Below, piece by piece: positions 9,249 to 17,537 of a stretch of DNA of 52,483 nt. How positions within the stretch are numbered: the first letter of the stretch is position 1; each line of letters begins with the position of its first letter. The notes below the pieces were generated by a model that was not told the DNA's origin, did no database searches, and was given only the letters and a program-made list of their open reading frames with translations. The stretch is taken from NCBI GenBank assembly GCA_034530875.2, contig JAVRCJ020000047.1, forward strand, positions 1 through 52,483, given 5' to 3'. The position numbers were made by a program, and so were the translations under genes. This DNA is from Nostoc sp. DedSLP01. GTDB taxonomy: Bacteria > Cyanobacteriota > Cyanobacteriia > Cyanobacteriales > Nostocaceae.

Positions 9249-10205
9249 ATGCAAACCAAACAGCTTGGGAATTCGGAGCTTCACATTACCCCCATTGGCT
9301 TTGGTGCTTGGGCTATTGGTGGAGGTGACTGGACTTACGGCTGGGGAGCGCAGGATGACCAAGACTCGATCGCAGCCATCAATCGCGCTCTCGACCTCGG
9401 CGTGAATTGGATTGATACCGCAGCTGTTTATGGTTTGGGACATTCGGAGGAGGTTGTTGCTAATGCCCTCAAAGGTCGATCCGATCGCCCCTACATTTTT
9501 ACTAAATGTTCGCTAATCTGGGATGAAAACGGCAAAATTGGCAACAGCCTCAAAGCTGATTCTATACGTCGGGAAGTTGAAGCTAGTTTGCGACGGCTGA
9601 ATATTGAAACTATTGACCTTTATCAAATCCACTGGCCGAACCCAAATTCAGAAATTGAAGAAGGCTGGACAACTTTGGCCAAGCTAAAAGATGAGGGTAA
9701 GGTTCGTTATATCGGGGTTTCAAACTTCAATGTCGAACAGTTGCAACGCGCCCAGAAGATTGCACCGGTAACTTCCTTGCAACCGCCTTATTCGCTAGTT
9801 AAGCGCGATGTCGAAAAGGAAATTTTGCCTTTCTGCAAAGAAAATAACATCGGCGTAATAGTTTATTCACCGATGCAATCTGGTTTGCTTACAGGAAAGA
9901 TGACACCCGAGAGAGTTGCCAATTTCCCTGATGATGATTGGCGCAAGACCAGCAGTGAATTTCAAGAGCCACGTTTATCTCGGAATTTGAAACTGGTGGA
10001 AGTCTTGCAAAAGGTTGGCGAACAACACGGCCGTTCGCCTGGTGAAGTAGCGATCGCTTGGACTTTAAACAATCCTGCAGTCACAGCTGCGATCGTTGGC
10101 GGACGCAATCCTCAGCAAGTCGAAGGAATCATCGGTGCTGGGGAATTTCGCCTCAATCAGCAGGAACTAGATGAAATTGAGGCTTTCATCAAGGAGAATC
10201 CGTAA
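9249..10205 (+). CDS. Aldo/keto reductase
   Basis: IGFGAWAIGG, IDTAAVYG, IDLYQIHWP, GKVRYIGVSNF. Confidence 0.94.
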   Translation: MQTKQLGNSELHITPIGFGAWAIGGGDWTYGWGAQDDQDSIAAINRALDLGVNWIDTAAVYGLGHSEEVVANALKGRSDRPYIFTKCSLIWDENGKIGNSLKADSIRREVEASLRRLNIETIDLYQIHWPNPNSEIEEGWTTLAKLKDEGKVRYIGVSNFNVEQLQRAQKIAPVTSLQPPYSLVKRDVEKEILPFCKENNIGVIVYSPMQSGLLTGKMTPERVANFPDDDWRKTSSEFQEPRLSRNLKLVEVLQKVGEQHGRSPGEVAIAWTLNNPAVTAAIVGGRNPQQVEGIIGAGEFRLNQQELDEIEAFIKENP

Positions 10206-10211
10206 AACTAA

Positions 10212-10322
10212 TGGGGAATAGGGAGTAGTGAGTAGGGAGTAGGGAAGATTATCGAAAAGCTTCCCACTCCTTCAACACCTCCTACACTCCCCACTCCCCA
10301 TTCCCTACTCCCTACTCCCCAC
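10212..10322. repeat. Inverted STRR pair (GGGAGTA)n / (CCCTACT)n between convergent genes
   Basis: G-rich heptamers at about 10213-10245 are complementary to C-rich heptamers at about 10285-10321. Confidence 0.8.
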
Positions 10323-11486
10323 AGCTACAAAAGCGGAATTACGCAAACTTTGAATGGTAGCGATCGCATGTTTGGCTGCAATATCGATTTGCTCTTGTGT
10401 ATTAAATCTGCCAATACCAAAGCGTATCGATGCATAAGCAAGCTTGTGGCAATGTCCCAGCGCTGTGAGAACGTGGGAGGGTGTGGTGGTTGCTGAAGAG
10501 CAAGCAGAACCAGAAGAAATTGCCATTACTGGCTGCAATCCTAGTAAAAGTGCAGATCCATCTACTCCCTCAACGCTGATATTTAAGTTTCCTGGCAACC
10601 GTGCTTGCGGATGTCCGTTGAGATGAATTCCTGAAAGTTGGGAAAGTGCTTCCCATAATCTTTGTCTGAGTTGCGTGATACGTTGCGTTTCTGTGGCTTG
10701 TTCTGCCAAAGCGATTTCTACAGCTTTGCCGAAGCCGACAATTTGCGGTGTATACAATGTGCCAGAACGCATTCCTCGTTCGTGTCCCCCTCCGTGTTGC
10801 TGTGGAGCCAGTTGTACTCTGGGGTTGCGCCTGCGGACATATAGCGCTCCGATACCTTTTGGGCCGTATATTTTATGTGCAGTGAGCGACATTAAGTCAA
10901 TTTTCATCGCTTCGACATCCAAGGGAATTTTACCTATAGCTTGGGCAGCATCGGTGTGAAAAATGATTTGGCGAGCGCGGCACATTTCCCCAATTTCTGC
11001 TAATGGTTGCAATACACCAACTTCATTATTTGCAGCCATCACCGATACCAAAATCGTCTCCGGACGGAAAGCTTTTTCTAATTCAACTAAATCAATTAAT
11101 CCATCTTTTTGAACAGGTAAAATAGTAATTTCAAAACCAAGAATTTTTAGATAATTACAAGGGTCAAGAACAGCATTATGTTCGGTAGCGACAGTAATAA
11201 TATGCTGACCTTTTGTAAAATAGGCTTCGGCAACACCTTTAATAGCCAAATTATTGGCTTCTGTTGCACCGCTGGTAAAAACAATTTCTTCAGGAGTAGC
11301 ATTAATTGCTGCTGCTAATATTTCTCGCGTTTGCTTAACAGCAGCTTCCGCCTCCCAACCGTAAACATGACTAATACTGGCTGGGTTGCCAAAGTGTTCT
11401 GTAAAGTAAGGGAGCATCGCTGCTAATACCCGTTCATCTACAGGTGTGGTAGCGTGGCAATCAAGATATATAGGGCGAATAGACAT
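10305..11486 (-). CDS. iscS: Cysteine desulfurase (IscS/NifS family)
   Basis: IYLDCHATTP, FTSGATEANN, HTDAAQ, TAHKIYGPKG (PLP Lys), SSGSACSS (catalytic Cys). Confidence 0.92.
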   Translation of the reverse strand: MSIRPIYLDCHATTPVDERVLAAMLPYFTEHFGNPASISHVYGWEAEAAVKQTREILAAAINATPEEIVFTSGATEANNLAIKGVAEAYFTKGQHIITVATEHNAVLDPCNYLKILGFEITILPVQKDGLIDLVELEKAFRPETILVSVMAANNEVGVLQPLAEIGEMCRARQIIFHTDAAQAIGKIPLDVEAMKIDLMSLTAHKIYGPKGIGALYVRRRNPRVQLAPQQHGGGHERGMRSGTLYTPQIVGFGKAVEIALAEQATETQRITQLRQRLWEALSQLSGIHLNGHPQARLPGNLNISVEGVDGSALLLGLQPVMAISSGSACSSATTTPSHVLTALGHCHKLAYASIRFGIGRFNTQEQIDIAAKHAIATIQSLRNSAFVAVGSRE

Positions 11487-11489
11487 AAA

Positions 11490-12116
11490 TTATCTCAAAA
11501 TCTGACTCAATTTTTTTAATATACTTAGAACTTTATACGATTCATTTTCCCGCCTAGACAAAGTAAATTTATCAGACAAACTATACTCAGATTTATCTTG
11601 TTTTATCAGCTTGATAAATTGAAAATCTTCTCCACTAGTTACTAATCCAAACACAGGTTTATCAGAATTAGGATTCGCCAGCATATAAACAAGTGCTTGA
11701 GGTATAGCTTCTAAAAGAGAAAAACTCGACCTTTTAGATTCAATTACTAACAACCACAGTTTTTCTTGAATAACTAAAATATCAATCCTACCTCTGATAA
11801 TTTCTCCTTCATCTTCAACAGAAATTTTGATTGATTGCTCGCTTCTCATATAAAAAGGCTCATCATAAAATCCAGCTAAATTGAGTAAAGGAGATAAAAC
11901 TACTAATTTTACTGTGTCTTCTGACAAAGGAGGACGCTTGGCTAAACGGAGGAAATTAAGTTTTACTTTGTCTAAATCTTGCTTTTCTAAATCTGTAATT
12001 TCCGGTAATTTTTCAAACCATTCTGTAAAGAATGCCTCATCTTCAGCTAGCTGAAGACTAAATTTTTCCTCTAAATAGGCAAGCCCGACATTTTGTGATT
12101 GGATAAATTGAACCAT
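11490..12116 (-). CDS. Cyanobacterial PD-(D/E)XK nuclease-like protein (type I restriction R-subunit N-terminal-like)
   Basis: SE..VK...LSPLL..AGFY, GRIDILV, VIESK, AIPQALVYM motifs; start at ATG 12116. Confidence 0.75.
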   Translation of the reverse strand: MVQFIQSQNVGLAYLEEKFSLQLAEDEAFFTEWFEKLPEITDLEKQDLDKVKLNFLRLAKRPPLSEDTVKLVVLSPLLNLAGFYDEPFYMRSEQSIKISVEDEGEIIRGRIDILVIQEKLWLLVIESKRSSFSLLEAIPQALVYMLANPNSDKPVFGLVTSGEDFQFIKLIKQDKSEYSLSDKFTLSRRENESYKVLSILKKLSQILR

Positions 12117-12224
12117 AGTTCCTGGAACTGGATATACCACTATTTAAACAAAACTTGTTTCTGTTTGGCATAATCCGGGCATAGCGCATTCTGGCTTCGT
12201 AACTATACCCGCATCCAGTTGTGT

Positions 12225-12704
12225 TTATTTGCATACTAATTCTCGTAATTTGGTAAAAACTGCCTGAGCATGACCTTTGGTTTTCACATTTGGCCAAGTA
12301 TAGGCAATAATGCGATCGGGTGAAATTAAAAAAGTTGAGCGAACCACACCCATATATTCTTTGCCCATAAACTTCTTTAAGCGCCAAGCACCATAAGCTT
12401 CTATAAGAGTATGTTCGGGGTCGCTTAAGAGGGTAATTGACAAGTTATGTTTGCTGATAAATTTACAATGAGATTTACCAGAATCTAGACTCACACCTAA
12501 GATTATGGCTCCTAGTTCGTTGAAATCTTGATTCAATTCGGTAAAATCTTTTGCTTCAGTAGTACAACCAGGGGTATCATCTTTGGGGTAGAAATAAAGC
12601 ACAACCCATTTATCGCTAAAGTTAGAGAGAGTTATTGGATTGTCATTTTGGTCAGGTGTAGAGAAATCTGGCGCTGGTTGTCCGATTTGGGGAATATCGC
12701 TCAT
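12225..12704 (-). CDS. bcp: Peroxiredoxin Q / Bcp
   Basis: APDF...LYFYPKDDTPGCTTEAKDF, RSTFLI. Confidence 0.93.
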   Translation of the reverse strand: MSDIPQIGQPAPDFSTPDQNDNPITLSNFSDKWVVLYFYPKDDTPGCTTEAKDFTELNQDFNELGAIILGVSLDSGKSHCKFISKHNLSITLLSDPEHTLIEAYGAWRLKKFMGKEYMGVVRSTFLISPDRIIAYTWPNVKTKGHAQAVFTKLRELVCK

Positions 12705-12725
12705 GATTGCACTGGGAGAATTATC

Positions 12726-12751
12726 TAGGCGTTGCCCATTATAGACATCGC
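12726..12751 (-). repeat. SDR5-like 21-nt element at a HIP1 half-site
   Basis: Minus strand GCGAT-GTCTATAATGGGCAACGCCTA. Confidence 0.65.
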
Positions 12752-12868
12752 TTTAGAATTGTACATAGATTAGGCGATCGCATTTAACCACCAATTACGA
12801 ATGATATTAGTTTTGCTTGAACAACAGCAAAACCCAAATAACTAGAAGCAATTTTTATTTACAAGCTA

Positions 12869-14656
12869 CTACTTAACTGAAAAGGTACGAATACTGGCTT
12901 CAAAAATTGGCAACCGTTGTTCAAATTCATCTACCCCAGTAGAAAAAATTACATTCCAAATAGTTTTACCATCTTTAATGACATAATATACCTGTTTTCC
13001 GCTTCTACCTATTGATGTTTCAGTGATTATCTGTCCTACCTGATAACCTTCAGCTAATCCTGTTTTAATATCAACTATACGAATTTGAGTAGGAAGCTGT
13101 TTGCTGACCTCTTGCAAGTAAGTTTCTAAATTAATAGTAGAATTTACTTGTTCATTTGTAACAATTACATTAGTTAGGAAGCCTGAATCACCTTTGATCG
13201 AGTCGAAAGCCCAGATTGAAAATGCTGAAGGGTTTTGTTTAATTTGTTGAGCTACTTGTTCCCATTCTGAACCAAGGGTTTTTAGCCGTCTAATTATTGT
13301 ATCTAGATTTTTGCTGGCGTTACCACCTTCATAGCTTTCTGGTAACCATAATTCTGCACCTCCTCCCTCAAACTTTTTCCATCCATCTGGAATATCTGGA
13401 GAAGCATTTTCATTTGAAATAGGAGGCGCTTGACTTGTTGAATTAGTATTGAGTGGCTCAGAACTGTTTGCAGATTCCTCTGAATTACTCGCTTGTAGCT
13501 GAGTTGGTGTTGAAGTTACAACTGGCTGACTCGGATGAGAATCAAATAACTTATAAATCTCTCGACTACTGAATTTAAGTACGAAAAGTATAGCAAATGC
13601 AATTACTCCACCTGTGAATTGGGCAGTCTTACTAGAGAATATATTGGCTTCAGTTTTTGAAGATTGAATTTGAGTATTCGCCGAGGTTTGAACTTGCTTA
13701 GTTTGTTTAGGCTTTTCTATTTCTGTAGGCGGTAGTTGTGATGCTGAAAAAGGGGGGGAATATGACTGTAAAGTTGAATTAATTTCCGATATACATCGCA
13801 AAATCATTTGAGCATTTTGAGGACGCTTGCCAGGAAAAGCTTCCATTAAGTAATCAACCAAACCAGCTACCTGCTTAGAAATTTGTGAAGCGCTGTCTCG
13901 CCACATTAACTTACCAGTTCGTGGATCTTCAGAAAATTGATCTGGAGATTTACCAGTCAATAAATAAACAAATGTGCGACCAAGGGCGAAGAAGTCTGAT
14001 TGTGGTACGGCTTTACCATTGGCTTGTTCTAGTGGTGTATAACCTGGTGAAATAATCCCTGTTACATTCTGTCCTGCTGCTTTTTGATGATAGGTTTGTG
14101 TAACTTCTCTTGCTGTACCAAAGTCAATCAAAGCGAGATTTCCATCTGCTTTGAGCATAATATTTGGCGGTTTTATATCTCGATGGAAAAAATTTTGCTG
14201 ATGCACTTCATGCAAAATATTTGACAGTTGAGTTAGCCATAAAAGTGCTAACTTTTCATCAATTGGACGATTACCCCGTTGTTCCATATATTGGTGTAAA
14301 TCAAGTCCTTCTATTTTCTCCATTACCAAACAATGCAGTGGCGTTTGGCTATTTTTAGGGGAGAAAGTAAAGTACTCATCTCCTTTGGGAATTCCTGGAT
14401 GATTCAAGTGTCTTAATACTTGTGCTTCTTGCTGAAAAAGCGATACTGCTTTGGTATCATTCAGCATAAGAACTTTTAAGACTTTGAGGGTGTTACCGTG
14501 ATTGACTTCAAATGTCTTGGCAAAACCACCAGTCCCTAACTGGCGAGTAACTCGATACCGTCCTTCCAAGAGCAATTCTGAGCCGCAGGCTTGACAAAAC
14601 AGTATATTTTCAGAATTTTGGGGTCTTGGACATTTAGGATTTATGCAGAGGGTCAT
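12869..14656 (-). CDS. Membrane-anchored Ser/Thr protein kinase with 4-Cys prefix and extracytoplasmic PsbP/DcrB-like domain
   Basis: CINPKC..CQACG prefix, GTGGFAKT, HRDIKPPN, IDFG, GYTPLEQ; one TM segment (GGVIAFAILFVL); C-terminal alpha/beta domain. Confidence 0.9.
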   Translation of the reverse strand: MTLCINPKCPRPQNSENILFCQACGSELLLEGRYRVTRQLGTGGFAKTFEVNHGNTLKVLKVLMLNDTKAVSLFQQEAQVLRHLNHPGIPKGDEYFTFSPKNSQTPLHCLVMEKIEGLDLHQYMEQRGNRPIDEKLALLWLTQLSNILHEVHQQNFFHRDIKPPNIMLKADGNLALIDFGTAREVTQTYHQKAAGQNVTGIISPGYTPLEQANGKAVPQSDFFALGRTFVYLLTGKSPDQFSEDPRTGKLMWRDSASQISKQVAGLVDYLMEAFPGKRPQNAQMILRCISEINSTLQSYSPPFSASQLPPTEIEKPKQTKQVQTSANTQIQSSKTEANIFSSKTAQFTGGVIAFAILFVLKFSSREIYKLFDSHPSQPVVTSTPTQLQASNSEESANSSEPLNTNSTSQAPPISNENASPDIPDGWKKFEGGGAELWLPESYEGGNASKNLDTIIRRLKTLGSEWEQVAQQIKQNPSAFSIWAFDSIKGDSGFLTNVIVTNEQVNSTINLETYLQEVSKQLPTQIRIVDIKTGLAEGYQVGQIITETSIGRSGKQVYYVIKDGKTIWNVIFSTGVDEFEQRLPIFEASIRTFSVK

Positions 14657-14894
14657 AGTGTTTTTTGCAACACAGTTTGTCTTGATAGTCTAGCCTCATT
14701 GGCATATTTACGTCACCAGTAAAAATTAGGGTAATCAGCAATGCCCGGTTGAGTTATGTTTACGCACTCATTTATCTTTATTATGAAAAAACTTCTCTCA
14801 TTAGGTTGAGAACAATTACTTGTATTTATCCGCCATAATAATGATTTAGCTGACTGGTATTTTTGTTTATCTACCCCTACTCTTCAAAATCCAA

Positions 14895-15728
14895 ATGTCT
14901 AAAGATATGCAACGCGAATTTGCCAACCGCGATGAGTTGGTAGCTTACCTGTGCGAACAATTTCCAAATGCAGCACAACGGGATGAGCGCATCAGCGAAA
15001 CTGTGGGAGGACGAAAAGCAGCACAAAAAGCACTGCAAAAAATCGACCCAGTACGCTATGCACAAACACGCAATTTCTTCTCAGGTGCAGTCACCCGACT
15101 TTCGCCTTACATCCGCTATGGGGTTTTGAGTTTGCGAGAAATTCGAGATTTTGTCCTTGACCGGGTACAGCAGCGAGAAGATGCTACCAAATTAATTAAC
15201 GAGTTGGGCTGGCGCGATTATTGGCAGCGATTATATGTAAAGTTGGGGGATGGAATCTGGAAAGACCAAGAAGAATACAAAACTGGTTACACTGCGGCTG
15301 AATATGCACCTGAATTGCCGCAAGATATCAAACAAGGAACTACAGACAGAGTTTGCATCGACAGCTTTAGCTGCGATTTAAAAGAAACTGGCTATTTACA
15401 TAACCACGCACGGATGTGGATAGCTGCATACATTGTCCATTGGCGGCGTATCCGTTGGCAAACTGGAGCTAAATGGTTTCTCGAACACCTTTTAGATGGC
15501 GATCCTGCTAGTAATAATATGTCTTGGCAATGGGTAGCCAGCACTTTTAGTCATAAACCGTATTTTTTTAATCGCGAAAATTTAGAACGCTATACCAAAG
15601 GCATTTATTGTCAGAAATGTCCGCTTTACGGTCATTGTGATTTTGAAGGTAGTTATGAAGAATTAGAACAACGACTTTTTCCCAAGGGAAAATTTAGCAA
15701 ACAACCCAATAGTAAAAGTTGGCGGTAG
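14895..15728 (+). CDS. Short photolyase-like protein (FAD-binding domain only)
   Basis: 277 aa; TRLSPYIRYG, ELGWRDYW, GYLHNHARMW, LDGDPASNNMSWQW; no N-terminal antenna domain; C-terminal CQKCPLYGHC. Confidence 0.85.
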   Translation: MSKDMQREFANRDELVAYLCEQFPNAAQRDERISETVGGRKAAQKALQKIDPVRYAQTRNFFSGAVTRLSPYIRYGVLSLREIRDFVLDRVQQREDATKLINELGWRDYWQRLYVKLGDGIWKDQEEYKTGYTAAEYAPELPQDIKQGTTDRVCIDSFSCDLKETGYLHNHARMWIAAYIVHWRRIRWQTGAKWFLEHLLDGDPASNNMSWQWVASTFSHKPYFFNRENLERYTKGIYCQKCPLYGHCDFEGSYEELEQRLFPKGKFSKQPNSKSWR

Positions 15729-15743
15729 GTTTATCTAAACCTA

Positions 15744-16097
15744 TTAAATTTCCAATTTTTCCCGAACTAGTACCTCATCTTTAAAACCTACTAGCACGGC
15801 TGTTCCATCTTGGATAAAAAGCGGACGTTTAAGCAGCATTGCATCTTTAGCAAATGCGTCAATCCACTGTTGGTCAGTCCAAGTTTTCTTTTCGTCCCCT
15901 AAAGCGCGGTAGGATTGGCCAGAAGTATTTCGCATGGAAGCAGAACCCAGAGACTTCACCCAGTTTTGAATCATTTCACGGGTCGGTGGAGACTCTTTGA
16001 TGTTAATAAACTCATAGGTAATGCTGTTAGCTTGAAGCCAGCTAAAAGCCTTTTTGCAAGTGCCGCAGTTGGGAATTCCATAGACTTGAATAGACAT
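15744..16097 (-). CDS. ArsC/Spx/MgsR-family thioredoxin-fold protein
   Basis: YGIPNCGTCKKA (CxxC), LLKRP, LVGF. Confidence 0.9.
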   Translation of the reverse strand: MSIQVYGIPNCGTCKKAFSWLQANSITYEFINIKESPPTREMIQNWVKSLGSASMRNTSGQSYRALGDEKKTWTDQQWIDAFAKDAMLLKRPLFIQDGTAVLVGFKDEVLVREKLEI

Positions 16098-16228
16098 AAA
16101 CTAGTTAATCAACCATCTAAATATATAACATTGGCTAGTGTAACTTCTGCCACTAATAGGTCTATACAGAGACTTCAACCAGGCAAAATGCTTTAATGGC
16201 TTTAGTTTATACTAAAGTTTATTGATTG

Positions 16229-16990
16229 ATGCTGTTTGTAAAAACTTCAGTAATCCTCCTCTCTCTCTTAACTCTATCAATCCCCGGCGTTTTAGCCTTT
16301 TCTGACACCCAAAGCTATTAGGCAAAAAATTGTGTTCAGCAACTAGGAGAGCGTAAACTTCTTACAGGCTACCCTGATGGTAGTTTTCGCCCAGAAGCAA
16401 CAGTTACACGTGCCGAAGCAGCAGTGTTAATGTTAAATGCTTTTCCTGATTCAGCAGTGAAACGCACTGCTATCCCATTTAAAGATGTACCTGCTAATTA
16501 TTGGGCAAATAAAGCAATTTCTACTGCTTACCAAAAAGAATTTTTTTCTGGTTATCCTGGTGGGGTTTTTCAGCCTAACCAACTAATTCCTGGCGCCCAA
16601 ATTATTGGTGTGATAGCCGGAGGGAAAAATTACAGCCCTTTATCTAACCCAATGCAGACATTGCAACAATACTTTAATGATGCGGGACAAATTCCGAACT
16701 ATACTCAAAGTGCGATATCTTCGATGGGCTTCGCCTACGCATCTGCCACGATTAATAGTATTGTTGTCAATTATCCCAATGTCAAATAGCTAAAACCACT
16801 ACAAAGTGCCACTAGAGGCGAAGTTGCTGCTTTGATGTGTCGGGCGTTAAATATCTACACGGTTCCGCCACAATATATTGCTGGAGTCGAAGTAGATCCG
16901 CAAGAGGTACGCCCTTTACCAGGAAAACTCGATACTATTCCTACCTTTAACAGCAATAGTCCGGAATTAGTCACAACTGAAGGAATGTAG
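16229..16990 (+). pseudogene. Degraded S-layer homology (SLH) plus DUF3370-like secreted protein
   Basis: One frame from ATG 16229 (signal peptide MLFVKTSVILLSLTLSIPGVLA) with in-frame TAG at 16319-16321 and 16787-16789. SLH motifs GYPDGSFRPEATVTRAE and ATRGEVAA, then QEVRPLPGKLDTIPTFNSNSPE, truncated at 16990. Confidence 0.85.
16712..16740 (+). repeat. SDR5-like 21-nt insertion in HIP1
   Basis: GCGAT-ATCTTCGATGGGCTTCGCCTA-CGC; removing 16717-16737 restores GCGATCGC. Confidence 0.85.
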
Positions 16991-17537
16991 GTATTGCTAA
17001 TTTGAAGTAAAAGTTCAGCCTTTTATCTTCTACAAAATTATGCGTTTGTGTTTGTATTTCTAGCCAGTTGCCCTCGCCTGACAAGCGTGCTGTTTGAATA
17101 ATGTAGCGACTACAGCACTCTCGCAACTGGCCGACGCCAGAACAGTAGAAGTAGGGGTTTTAATTGTGTCTGCCACACAATCTTCTCGCTGTTCTGATGT
17201 GTTGTTATCCCTATTAAAGCTGCAATTAAAATAGTGTGGATGCCAAATTGCCAAATTGCTCTAGAGTCTGTCTCGCCATCATATTCATATTCTAGAAAAC
17301 TTAAGAATTTTTCTTCTACAACTGTTAAATAAGGCTGCTTTAAATTTATTAATTGCTTCAATACTGCATCAAAAGATAATTCTCATTTTCCCTGTGTTTC
17401 AATCTACCAATACGATCGCAGTTGCCGTAAGGCATAGCTTGTATTTAAATTTACAATCAATTAGATTTACTACTTATTTCTGGGAACTATAAATCTAATA
17501 CATTTGCCATCAGCCGACCTTGTTGAGGCTAAATCCC

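Noticed and set aside
17060..17361. ORFs 17110..17361 and 17060..17254 (minus)
   Set aside because: No recognisable motifs; may be a gene remnant but cannot be supported
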